From positions 40,300,001 to 40,364,000 of the forward strand of contig NW_026262593.1 of assembly GCF_021869535.1 (NCBI RefSeq): DNA of 64,000 nucleotides, in the 5' to 3' direction. The translations under genes were made by a program, and so were the position numbers. Positions 39,212 through 50,988 of the stretch are shown here, in pieces; within the stretch, counting starts at the first letter, position 1; every line of letters begins with the position of its first letter. The notes under the pieces are model-generated. The model did no database searches. It was not told where the DNA came from and saw nothing but the letters and a program-made list of their open reading frames with translations. The DNA comes from Mytilus californianus (taxonomy: Eukaryota).

Positions 39212-40310
39212 GTAATTATAAACATTATAACAGGTAATGAGTGGAATACTATAAATTATATAATATGACATTTAACATCATTATTACAATTAATCAGTTA
39301 TTTTAGTATAAAGTAAAATAGATTATATAAGTTAAGGCAATGCTTAAAACTGGGCTTGACCAGAAAAGATCACTGTTTTCAATATTTACAGTGGCAAATA
39401 TTACAGGCATATTAAGAAATAGAACAATGTAAACAATTAATCAATTGGCAGATTCTGTAATGGTTTTTGACTAGCCTAGGAGAATGGATAGGCAATTATG
39501 AGTGCAATGGAAAATCAGAGCATATTAAACATGTCATAAAGGTTAGAAAGGAAGCTGTATGATTATTATATAAGAGTCTTATGTTGCCTCTTAAGATTGC
39601 AAATTTATTAACCCATCTCATCTTTCTTAACCTTTCTCATCTTTCTTAAGGACATTAAGCAACCAACAATCAATCAATTAATCATCTTTCTTAAATTACA
39701 TTAAATTCTATTGACAAAGGGATAGAGTGATATAGTCTAAATAAAAGGAGATGTGTGGTTTACATGAACGAGGCAGCAAGCCAAAAGTTTTAAAACACAA
39801 AAACATAAATCGTCTATGGTCAACATACTTCTTTAAAAATGGACAAATGTCCACACGATATGTCAAGCTATAAATCTCGTCATTTTCAATACAGAAAATT
39901 TTATAATGTAGTTCGCCTAAACAGATGTTGTAAATTTTCCTTCCTTATTGAATTGATGAACACTTAAAGTCATATTTTCTGAGACCAGAGATAATTTGAG
40001 ACTAAATTTGTCTGATGATTATTTAGTAAATATCTGACATATATTACTTACCAATCAATACGGGTCCCTTTCCTGTGAAAAAAACCAGAAGCTGTTGCAA
40101 CCAATTGTTAGGGAAAAGGTTTTGTGGTGAACCTCTTTAGGTCAGTGTAGTTGTTATGTATAATTGTTAATACATTATACCCCTTTTCTGTGAAGCTGAT
40201 ATAAGGCATAGTTGTTAATCCCTTCATCCCTTGTTCCATCTGCACTTTGAATCCATAACTCCTTCATTACCAGTAACTGGATTTCAATGAACGTGTCAGA
40301 AAATCCTTGA

Positions 40311-40602
40311 GGACCTAGGTGGCAAAGTGGTCTAAGTAGTCATCTACAGTGATCACTGAGGTTGTGAGTATAAACCCAGCTCATGGCAAGCAAACTTACC
40401 TTGCCATGAGCTGGGTTCATACTCACAACCTCAGTGATCACTGTAGATGACTACTTAGGTTTGACCCTGATTTTGATTGAATAGGAATGAAGAATGGTGG
40501 TTCTCTCAAGGTACTCTGACCTCTTCCATCAATAAAAACTGTCCTCCATGAAACAGCCAAGAGTGCTTAAAGTGGCATTAAATACTGAAGATCAATCAAT
40601 GG
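40311..40602 (+). mobile_element. V-domain-like SINE with internal inverted duplication
   Basis: SINE head, then a 59-bp inverted repeat, then the SINE body resumes to aatcaatcaat. Confidence 0.75.
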
Positions 40603-40659
40603 ATCAGAAAAAAATCTCAGTATCTGATGGTACAGGTCTGCCACAAATGTCGTCTAAAG

Positions 40660-40850
40660 ATATATTTTCATGTTGCCCTTGTTTTGAAGGTTGCTGTCAT
40701 ACATTTTTATATTGCCCATGTTTTGAAGGTTGCTGTCTTACATGGATATTTTCATGTTGCTCCTGTTTTGAAGGTCGCTTTCATACATTTTTATATTGCC
40801 CATGTTTTGAAGGTTACTTTCAAACATTTTCATGTTGCCCTTGTTTTGAA
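40660..40850. repeat. ~39-45-bp degenerate tandem repeat, 5 copies
   Basis: attttcatgttgcccttgttttgaagg / atttttatattgcccatgttttgaagg alternate; explains ORFs 40548 and 40627. Confidence 0.85.
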
Positions 40851-40854
40851 TATA

Positions 40855-40972
40855 AATAAGAAGATGTGGTATGAGTGCCAATGAGACAACTCTCCATCCA
40901 AGTCACAATTTATAAAAAGTAAACAATTATAGGTCAAAGTACGGCCTTCAACACGGAGCCTTGGCTCACACC
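40855..40972 (+). mobile_element. Dispersed repeat family C (agatgtggtatg..tgccaatgagacaact)
   Basis: Same motif at ~15720, ~17243, ~22513 (+) and ~31000, ~52120 (-). Confidence 0.7.
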
Positions 40973-40984
40973 GTTTAGCAAGTT

Positions 40985-41734
40985 TTTGTAATCTTTTACA
41001 AAAATCTTCTCCTCTGAAACTACTGAGAAAAATTTAATCAAATTTGGCCACAATCATCATTAGGGTATTAGTTTAAAAAATGTGTCAGATGACTGTGCCT
41101 ACCAAACAACATGGCGGACATGGCTAAAAATAGAACATAGTGGTAAAATGCAAGTTTTGTCTATTATTTTTTTAACCGTTCTATATAGAGAAAATCTGAA
41201 TGGAGCAAAAATGTTCAGCATATTGAGCTCTACCATTTGTCCATATTACGTCAAAACTGTAAGACAAATTCTTGTAGGAGTTATTGCCCATAAATGACAA
41301 ATTTTACCATTTTTGTTCATTTTTGCCTATTATCATGAAAACTATGATATTTAGAGAGAAACATTTATTTTCCATTATACCTTATATGATTTAAATTGTA
41401 ATAGATAAAAAACACTTTAAATCACAAAAATGATCAGCAAGGCAAGATCTATTAAAAAGTCAAATTTCGCTGATATTGTTAGTAGACTGTCACTCTTCAT
41501 AGGAGTGATTGCCCTTAATTGAGGAATTTTTTTTACCATCTTTTGTGTTCTGAGCAAAAACTAAAGAAGGTAGAGAGAAACTAAACAGACTAAAAGATCA
41601 GTAGTACAAGATCAACAAAATAAAGATTTTTGTCATGAAGTCTATTCTCGTCTACAATGTTGGAGAGTGTTTTGTTTGATATGCCCATAGACCTGGTGAA
41701 GGTGAGCGACAAAGGCTCTTTAGAGCCTCTAGTT
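40985..41734 (+). mobile_element. pearl-like HINE, 5'-truncated
   Basis: 3' end aggtgagcgac-aaAGGCTCTttAGAGCCTctagtt (subterminal motif, hairpin, tt) and degenerate internal core repeats. Confidence 0.6.
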
Positions 41735-41919
41735 TTTAAAGTCTATTCAAAATTAGAAGCCAAGTATTTCAATTAATCACACCAATTCTGTAAATAAATC
41801 TTTTTAATAAAATTCAGTATAATTTCTCCCAAGAAATTAAAAAGACATGTTCCTACACATGGACAGGAAATTTAAAAGAGTAAATTGTTTTTCTTATTCA
41901 TATCATTAGATACATCGCG

Positions 41920-42160
41920 TCCTGGTGTTAAAATGCCCTTAGGAGAACACTGAGAATCTAGTTATTTCTGCTATACATATATATTTGGCCATCCTCACCA
42001 TCTCTGAAAGCTGACCAGCAATTTCAGATCTCCAGACACTGTCCATTGCACCCTGATGTTAAAATGCCCTTAGGAGAAAACATAGATTCTACTTATTTCT
42101 GCTATACATGTATATTTCACCATCCTCATCATCTTTGAAAGCTGACCAACAATTTCAGTA
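41920..42160. repeat. 131-bp tandem duplication
   Basis: gttaaaatgcccttaggaga...tatttctgctatacat...gaaagctgacca.caatttcag occurs twice. Confidence 0.85.
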
Positions 42161-42417
42161 ATCCATTGATGTAACTTCACACATTTGAATACTTTGCTGG
42201 TTAACCAAATTAAGTATGTTTTTATAGATCTGCATCTTTGTGCATTGGTTAATTATGATACATGTATTCCTTTTATGTATTCAAGTTGATATGTTTTTAT
42301 GGCTAATTATGGGTATAAAAACTGTAAGGTAAAAACCATAGATAAAAAGGTTGATATATTTTCCAGACTAAATCTTTAGTTAAAGATAAGAATAAATCAA
42401 ATTTTGAGATGGAAAGC

Positions 42418-42580
42418 TTGGCAGGTGCGTTTTCTAATCTTAATTGACTAGGATTGTCAGTTTTCCTGCAGGAGTTGTTGTTCTCTCTGGACACTTCGGC
42501 TTCCTCCACCAATAAAAATTGACCTCTATGTTATAGCCAATAGTACTTAAAGTGGCTTTGAACATCAATAATCAATCAAT
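42418..42580 (+). mobile_element. V-domain-like SINE, 3' half
   Basis: ggcaggtg...cttaattgactaggattgtcagttttcctg...ttcggcttcctccaccaataaaaa...aatcaatcaat. Confidence 0.7.
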
Positions 42581-42884
42581 ATAATAAAAGCAGAAGGGAA
42601 ATCCTAAACAAAATATTTTTTGAAATGTATAATATCATTCAACCCTTTTAAACATTAATAGCTTATTTTCACGTGAATTTGAACAGTTATGATTAAATTT
42701 CTTAGAAGTTTTGGATTTTCCAATATTTGTCATAAGGGACAACCACACACTTGAACATATCCTTAAACAACAATTTTTTTTTCTTTTTCAAAGGGGATAA
42801 AAAGAAAAATATGATGTTTTCGTTTGAAAACGCACAAGATGTTGAACGACCTTAAATCCACTTCTGCAGGAGGCTTTTAATGCC

Positions 42885-42900
42885 TGTTACCATGGTAACA
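42885..42900. promoter_or_regulatory. Perfect palindromic RFX X-box-like site
   Basis: TGTTACCATGGTAACA; matches the RFX consensus GTNRCC(N)RGYAAC. Function not shown. Confidence 0.4.
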
Positions 42901-44016
42901 TACCGTGGCATAGGCATCAGTTACCATAATGACTGTAACTTCGTAAATATTTTGACGTTTTTCATTATGTTTTGTGCCCACATTGAATCGAATACATGTC
43001 AGTTTCACAAAAATAAAAACTTGCAATTTCAATTTTGATTTTATTAATTGTATGCAGCTCTTCCTGAAATCGCAATAATTATTGTCAGGTTTGTATATTG
43101 CACAAGATGCACAATTATAAATGCACCCAAAAATTTCTGAATTTTCAGAATAAACCTAATTAGTTTTCTTTGTATTATTTTTTGGATCATTATTTGTTGC
43201 TTTATACCCCAGGTTAGAATGGAGGGACTGTACATCTGTTAGGAGGGATGTACATCTGCTAGTCTGTGAATATATCTGTCAATTTAACTGTGCGGTACCA
43301 TTTTTCGGTCATGATCACAACTGTTTAACATATATAATGTTAGGCTTTAATTTGGTTAGCTATACTGTGTGAAGTAATTATAGACCTGTCACTCCATCTA
43401 CATCCTGTCTGTTGTTCTGGTAAATGTAATGCAAACATGGAAAATTTTTCTTCTAATTTTTGTCAGCATCTACAAATTGACAACATCGTTATCCGTTTCG
43501 ATTTTTTATGATTATCACTTATCACTTTCTTTTTCAAGAGCTGTAACACTTTTTTGCTTAAACTGTTGTATGAATAACCAAGGGTTTGCTTAACCAATGT
43601 CATGAAAGCATACAATGTAATTATAAAAGGTATTAAGTTTCCTTTAAATTTTGATGATTAATCATTTTTACTTTTTTGTTCAGAAATATGAAACTCAGTT
43701 TGTAGAAAAATACTTTTCATATGTTTACATAATTCTAAGAATTAATGATATATTTTTGTGTCTAGTTTTTCCAAAAATAGGCAACTTTCTCTATAAAAAA
43801 AATGTGAAAAAAGATGAGAAGAAACCAAGGTGCAATCAAAACCCCAAAAGTCCAATAGAAACAGACAACACCATGGCCAGAAATTGAATCGATGAAAAGA
43901 CAAACAGCTGTCCACAAAACGCTATACAGAGAACTAAAGATTGAGTAACATGAACCCTACTAAAAATCATGGGTGAACTCAGGTGCTCTGGATAGGTAAT
44001 AAGTTCCTGCTCAACT

Positions 44017-44215
44017 AGTGGTAGCGTGTTTGCCTGGAGTACGGGAGGTCGTGGGTTCGAACACCAGCCTGGTCAGACCAAAGTCTTTAAAATTGGTATT
44101 TGCTGCTTCTCGCTAAGCACATGGTACTAAGGAGTAAGAGAAAAAACTGGTGAGCTCAGAGTCGGAATAATGTGTCCAGGTAGGGTCACATGTCTTCCTG
44201 TGTACTGTTACCTTG
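44017..44215 (+). mobile_element. tRNA-derived SINE, second family
   Basis: Head gtggtagcgtgtttgcc...gggttcgaac (B box) followed by aattggtatttgctgcttctcgctaagcac; this core resembles the MetaSINE domain as I recall it (unverified). Confidence 0.65.
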
Positions 44216-44344
44216 TTACTTACCTTGTGAACTAGGTAACAGCACAAATAAAAAGCACACAGGCAATGACAGGAATATAGAGGTAGATCAAAACATATTT
44301 GAAGAAAAAACTTATATAAAGACTGAACTGAATATTGAATATTA

Positions 44345-44595
44345 GAGGGTTTGGATGGGGTTTAAAGAATAGAGAGTAATGGGTAAAAAGTAGAGAATAG
44401 ATTAATATGGGGCAAAAAGAAAGAATAGAGAAAAATGAATATGGGGTGTTAAAATATAAAGAATAGAGAATAATGGGGTGTTAAAATATAAAGAATAGCG
44501 AATAATGGGTAGAAAATATAAAGAATAGAGAAAAATTACCTAAAAATTAAAAAAAAAAAGAAAAAAGAATTGAAAGACCCTCCATCGTAACCCTC
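44345..44595. mobile_element. MITE family D
   Basis: GAGGGTTTGGATGGGG ... CCCTCCATCGTAACCCTC. Confidence 0.75.
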
Positions 44596-45997
44596 ATAGT
44601 AGGTGTAAAGATAACATAGATTGAATAATTTGTGATGCAATGTTAAAGTATTTTATGCACTTTTAATTTTTTTTATCAATATTTATTTGATACGGAAACT
44701 CTTATGTCCAATCTCAATTTAGTCTGGTCATGTTTTTCCTTTCAAGCAATTTTTTTTAGACAGGAAACTGGTCATTTAACTAAATGTGAAACACACTTAT
44801 TTTTTTATGTACTTTTATGAAAAGAAATTGTTCACTTGAATCTTAATAGAGTTAAATATCTTAAGAGGTTAAATCGTACAACTTCAAACACTCATGGACA
44901 ATAAAAAGGTCAGAGTTCAAACCACAATGGAAAAAAATGTCTCTTTGCCTTAATTGCTACATGACAATATTGAAAAAAAATTGTATGGAGAAAATTTGAT
45001 TAAAAATAACTCTTTGATCAATTAAATGTAAGTTCTTAATTGGAAAAGTGAATGTGTGATTGAAACCAATGTCAAATCGATATATTATTATAGTAAGTTA
45101 GCAAGGCATTTTACAGCTGTCATTTTAAGAGCTCCATATTTAGTAACTAGGGAAGTAGAACAGAGTGTTGCATTCAGTTTCAAGATGAGAAGATAGTAAA
45201 AGGTGGGGGTGTCAATTGTTCAATTGTTTATTTAATTAGGGCAGATGGACTTTTGTTGAATATATGCAGTATTAATTGGTGAATGCCCCACCAACAGCCA
45301 AGTGAGGCTAGTTTTGAGGAAATTATTTCTTCTGAATGTGGCTCTTAAAGAATTTGTAGAGCATTTTCATTGCTCTAATAACATTTTAAATTATGATACA
45401 TGTTTTTCTAAGTAGTTTTGTTGGATGAATGGTGACTTTTATTTGCGAAATTGTAAATTTACAAAAAAGTCTCTTCAAAACCCTGTTACAGTTCAAGCCA
45501 TTGACTCCTAGGTAATTCATGAGGGGCTGCTCATTTCCCAAATATCGTTTTTTTGTAATTTTTTCCCACTTCCCACCTTTTACCCCCAGCTCACTTTTAT
45601 TTACACCCTGTATCACACTTTTTTTAACCCTCTACATCCCACATCCCAAAAGCGTGTTATTCCCCTCATTCATGGTAAAATTTGTGTTATATAAAGGTCA
45701 TTCAATCAGTTAGACTCCTTTGAGCCTCTTGTTTGGCTTTATTGTATTTTTGGAATGCCATTTGATTGTTCCAATGGTAATAAAACTTGGCTAATATATA
45801 GTGACATTGATTTATAAAAAAAATCTCTATGATGTTTACCTCTCACTTCCTAGTATTCTGATTTTAGCATGTTAAAACAGATCTTACATAAATTAGGAAT
45901 ATTTATCTGAAGTAATGAGGAAGCCAGTATTTGTAATCATTTAAATTATAAGCTATAATTTATTTTTTATACGTGTTTCCTCCTTTTCTGGTCTCCA

Positions 45998-48720
45998 TTA
46001 TTAAGTCTCCCAAACGAAGTTTGGGAAGACTTATTGTTTTTGCTCAGTTCTTATTATTATTATTATTATTCTTCTTCTTCTTCTTCTTCTTCTTCTTCTT
46101 CTTCTTCTTCTTCTTCCGCCGCTTTTAAATTTGAACTTGTCCGCACCCGTTCTCCAAAACCGCTTGTCGGATTAACTTAGGGTTTCGCAATATGTTAGAC
46201 TAACATGTCTAGTGGTGCAATCAGGGTTTTGTTTTTGCAATGGGGTTTATAAAGGGGTACTTTGAGGGGCAAAAAGAAAAGAGGGTTTTACTATAGAACC
46301 CTATGGGATTTTATTTTTTTAAATTTTCAAATGATTATAAATTGAAAACCGTTCGTGATAGACACAAACTTTTTAATTGAAAATGTTCTAAATGATGAAG
46401 CCCATTAAATGAAATACAGGGTTAGTCCCCAGGGGTCACCCCCACCCCCTGCCATTTAAGAAAGTTCTAATACCTTGTAAGTGGTCAAGATCCCCACCCC
46501 TAAACCATATATATTCTGGTTTGTCATGCTAAGATGGTTTGAATGATATACAGGGTTAGTCCCCAGGGGTCATCCCCACCCCCTGTCATTTGAGAAAGTT
46601 CATATATCTTGTAAATGGTCGAGATCCCCACCCCTAAACCATATATATTCTGGTTTGTCATGATAAAGTACATCAAATGTAATACAGGGTTAGTCCCCAG
46701 GGGTCACCCCCACCCCCTGCCATTTAAGAAAGTTCTAATATCTTCTAAGTTGTCAAGATCCCCACCCCTAAACCATATATATTCTGGTTTGTCATGCTAA
46801 GATGGTTTGAATGATATACAGGGTTAGTCCCCAGGGGTCATCCCGACCCCCTGCCATTTTAGAAAGTTCTAATATCTTGTAAATGGTCGAGATCCCCACC
46901 CCTAAACCATATATATTCTGGTTTGTCATGATAAAGCACATCAAATGTTATATAGGGTAAGTCCCCAGGGGTCACCCCCACCCCCTGCCATTTAAGAAAG
47001 TTCTAATATCTTCTGAGTGGTCAAGATCCCCACCCCTAAACCATATATATTCTGGTTTGTCATGCTGAGATGGTTTGAATGATATACAGGGTAAGTCCCC
47101 AGGGGTCATCCCGACCCCCTGCCATTTGAGAAAGTTCTGATATCTTGTAAATGGTCGAGATCCCCACCCCTAAACCATATATATTCTGGTTTGTCATGAT
47201 AAAGCACATCAAATGTTATACAGGGTTAGTCCCCAGCGGTCACCCCCACCCCTTGCCATTTGAGAAAGTTCTAATATCTTGTAAATGGTCGAGATCCCCA
47301 CCCCTAAACCATATATATTCTGGTTTGTCATGATAAAGCACATCAAATGAAATACAGGGTTAGTCTCCAGGGGTCACCCCCACCCCCTGCCATTTAAGAA
47401 AGTTCTAATATCTTCTAAGTGGTCAAGATCCCCACCCCTAAACCATATATATTCTGGTTTGTCATGCGAAGATGGTTTGAATGATAGACAGGGTTAGTCC
47501 CCAGGGGTCATCCCGACCCCCTGCCATTTGAGAAAGTTCTAATATCTTGTAAATGGTTGAGATCCCTACCCCTAAACCATATATATTCCTATTTGTCATG
47601 ATAAAGTACATCAAATGTAATACAGGGTTAGTCCCCAGGGGTCACCCCCACCCCCTGCCATTTAAGAAAGTTCTAATATCTTCTAAGTTGTCAAGATCCC
47701 CACCCCTAAACCATATATATTCTGGTTTGTCATGCTAAGATGGTTTGAATGATATACAGGGTTAGTCCCCAGGGGTCATCCCGACCCCCTGCCATTTTAG
47801 AAAGTTCTAATATCTTGTAAATGGTTGAGATCCCTACCCCTAAACCATATATATTCCTATTTGTCATGATAAAGTACATCAAATGTAATACAGGGTTAGT
47901 CCCCAGGGGTCACCCCCACCCCCTGCCATTTAAGAAAGTTCTAATATCTTCTAAGTTGTCAAGATCCCCACCCCTAAACCATATATATTCTGGTTTGTCA
48001 TGCTAAGATGGTTTGAATGATATACAGGGTTAGTCCCCAGGGGTCATCCCGACCCCCTGCCATTTTAGAAAGTTCTAATATCTTGTAAATGGTCGAGATC
48101 CCCACCCCTAAACCATATATATTCTGGTTTGTCATGATAAAGCACATCAAATGTTATACAGGGTAAGTCCCCAGGGGTCACCCCCTCCCTCTGCCATTTA
48201 AGAAAGTTCTAATATCTTCTAAGTGGTCAAGATCCCCACCCCTAAACCATATATATTCTGGTTTGTCATGCTGAGATGGTTTGAATGATATACAGGGTTA
48301 GTCCCCAGGGGTCATCCCAACCCCCTGCCATTTGAGAAAGTTCTAATATCTTGTAAATGGTCGAGATCCCCACCCCTAAACCATATATATTCTGGTTTGT
48401 CATGATAAAGCACATCAAATGTTATACAGGGTTAGTCCCCAGCGGTCACCCCCACCCCTTGCCATTTGAGAAAGTTCTAATATCTTGTAAATGGTCGAGA
48501 TCCCCACCCCTAAACCATATATATTCTGGTTTGTCATGCCAAGATGATTTGAATGATATACAAGGTTAGTCCCCAGGCATCACTAATGCATATAACTTTA
48601 CTGGACCAAACCAATTTTCACTGGACGTTGCCCAATGTCAGGCGACCCTGGGAATTACGAATTATGGGAGCTTCGTTTGGGAGACTTCGTAACAGCATCC
48701 TGTTACAATCATTTCTTGTT
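45998..48720 (+). mobile_element. Complete Helentron-associated (HINE/DINE-1-like) element carrying a satellite array
   Basis: 16-bp subTIR AGTCTCCCAAACGAAG (46004-46019) / CTTCGTTTGGGAGACT (48671-48686); 5' palindrome 46004-46031; (TTA)n(TTC)n microsatellite; 3' hairpin GTAACAG-catc-CTGTTAC (48689-48706); ends in tt. Confidence 0.85.
46415..48577. repeat. 134-bp satellite, ~16 units, mostly as a 268-bp dimer
   Basis: Unit begins tacagggttagtccccaggggtca; unit ends alternate between ctaagatggtttgaatgata and ataaag(c/t)acatcaaatg; explains the repeated MVEIPTPKP ORFs. Confidence 0.97.
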
Positions 48721-49557
48721 ATACTGGAAATCTATTCCTAGAATTCAGTTGAAATATAGTTTTGCTAGTCATGTAATGTTTTTGCTTCATACCATACTAT
48801 ACTGTCCTTAGGCATTTTTGCTTCATACCATACTATACTGTCCTTAGGTCTAGAGTGGCACACAGTTCTTTGCCTCAACAAGATCATATATTTATTTGAT
48901 TTATTGCATAATATATTGATAGTCCTGCATTTATAAAAATTTTGAATATGATTATCAGAAATCCACCAATCAGAATGCTGGATTTTGTGTTTTGAGCACA
49001 AATATTGTACTCCGAGTACTGAGTAAAGTTTTATGCCTGAAAGGCTTGACAAATGCATGGAATATTTGCCACTGGATGTTAAGCTAACACCAATCAATCA
49101 ATACTGATGTTCAATACAGATTTAAATACAAAAAAGTCTTGCTTAAAATGTCAATTGAATTTGCTGGGTAGAATTGTTGATTTTTGTATTTTCTACAAAT
49201 GCCAAATTGAAATTGATATGAAAGATTTAATTCCATTTTCAAAAGCATGTTGTTTTACATGGGAAATTAATTTAAGACATAAATTTGTTATTAAGTATTA
49301 GATTTAAGGTTAAATGCACTAAATATGCATCTGCATTAAAATTAACTTATATAAGTGCACGTAACGCAGTTTTTATACATATATAAAATCTGATGCCTTT
49401 TGGGTAATATTTTCAATGCGGTTTGATTGGTTTAAATTACTCAAAACAATGGAAATTGGTCCAATGACGTTACATTATTTACATTTTGGGGTACGAACAA
49501 TGAAATTACACATAGTACTTTAGATTCTGATACGGCAAATTGGAGTATGTCTAGAAA

Positions 49558-49670
49558 AAGCGGGAATTTCTCGCTGCATTGAAAACCTGTTGGTGACCTT
49601 CTGCTGTTGTCTGTTCTATGGTCGGGTTGTTGTCTCTTTGACACATTCCCCATTTCCATTCTCAATTTTA
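49558..49670 (+). mobile_element. Repeat family B fragment
   Basis: Near-identical to the 3' part of 11412-11688. Confidence 0.75.
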
Positions 49671-49830
49671 TTTGCATCATTTCATGTATGGTGTAGTCAT
49701 TATGATGTTGTTACTGATTCCGAAGAAGCCAAGATTCTAAGATCTTGTGCAATTTGTGGAATCAGTATTATTTGTGGGATAACAATTTTTGTGGATTTTG
49801 TGGGTATAGGTGATCCATGAATTCAAATTT

Positions 49831-50635
49831 CAAGAGAAATGGAAACAGAGAATGTGTCAAAGAGACAACAACCTTACCAAAGAGCAGAAAATAGCTCAAG
49901 GCCACCAATGGGTCTTCAATGCAGCAGTTCAGCTAAATGGATGCCACACTAAAATCTGAAACATATAAATGAACCAAAATTTAAAAACACACAACACTTA
50001 CAAAGGCCAGAGGTTCCATACTTGGGACAGGCGCAAAAATGTGGCGGGGTTAAACATATTTTGTGAGAGCTCAACCCTCCCCCCAACCTCTAGCCGATGT
50101 GTAATAAACAAACTCACAGTAATACGCACAGTAAAACTCAGTTTAAAAGAAGTCCAAGTCTGATATTAGAATAGGTAACAGAAGAAACTAAGCAAAACGA
50201 CAATGATCAACATAAATTAAAAGAGGACTACTAGCAGTTACTGACATGCTAGCTCCAGACCTCAATTAAAAGAAAGATATTAAAAGGACGTTCAAACTCA
50301 TAAGTTGAAAATAAACTGACAACACCATGGCTGAAAAGGAAAAAGACCAACAGACAAACAACAGTACACAAAACACAACATGGAAAACTAAAGACTGAGC
50401 AACATGAACCCCACTAAAAACTGGGAGTGATCTCAGGTGCTCCGGAAGGGTAAGCAGATTCTGCTCCACATGTGGCACCTTTCATGTTGCTCATGTAAGT
50501 ACAAACCTGTGCTGAGTTGAACTTTTAACCTAAACTGATCGAAAGATTATGTCTTCCTCTTCTGAAAATCAAGCACAATCCCTCCCGCTAGGGGTTTAGT
50601 ATCATACCATCAGGAATTATACAAGATGAACATAT
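49831..50635 (-). mobile_element. Family B element interrupted by a nested ~250-bp repeat (~50270-50520)
   Basis: Reverse complement of the 11412 copy, plus extension; the inserted block contains gagcaacatgaacccc...tctcaggtgctccggaagggtaagcag, also at ~34621-34692 and ~43944-44010. Confidence 0.55.
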
Positions 50636-50815
50636 ATATTTTTGTACATGTACATCTTGTATACATAATTTGGCAAAACTATGAATTCCAATATCCATGA
50701 AAATATAATTTCTCCTCGATCCACGATAATTGGTATCCACAATAATAAATGAATCCACAGTAACAGAATGTTCGGAGGATAAGCAAGATATTAAACTTTT
50801 TTATTTATTTTTCAG

Positions 50816-50988
50816 GTGAAAAACCTTACTCTTGTCCATTAGATGGATGTGACAAAGCCTTCCCACAGTTATCAAACTTGCAGCATCATATACGTAATCA
50901 TGATAAGTTAGCCGAAAGTCAATACCAGTGTCACTTGTGTGATAGGGCTTATCCCAATGAAGCTACGCTGAAGGCCCATAACACAAGG
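50816..50988 (+). CDS. Zinc-finger gene exon: finger 3 and most of finger 4
   Basis: Acceptor ttatttttcag|GT completes T-G-EKPY; SCPLDGCDKAFPQLSNLQHHIRNH and QCHLCDRAYPNEATLKAHNTR; donor AGG|GTTAGT, phase 0. Confidence 0.93.

Noticed and set aside
44017-44075. tRNA-like sequence with a B box
   Set aside because: No complete cloverleaf; it continues into a SINE body.
46430-46510. G-quadruplex potential in the satellite unit (minus strand)
   Set aside because: Only three closely spaced G-runs; the next pair is ~40 nt away, so a canonical G4 is not supported without computation.
46615-48569. Repeated MVEIPTPKPYIF ORFs
   Set aside because: Chance frames of the 134/268-bp satellite, with no splice or codon support.
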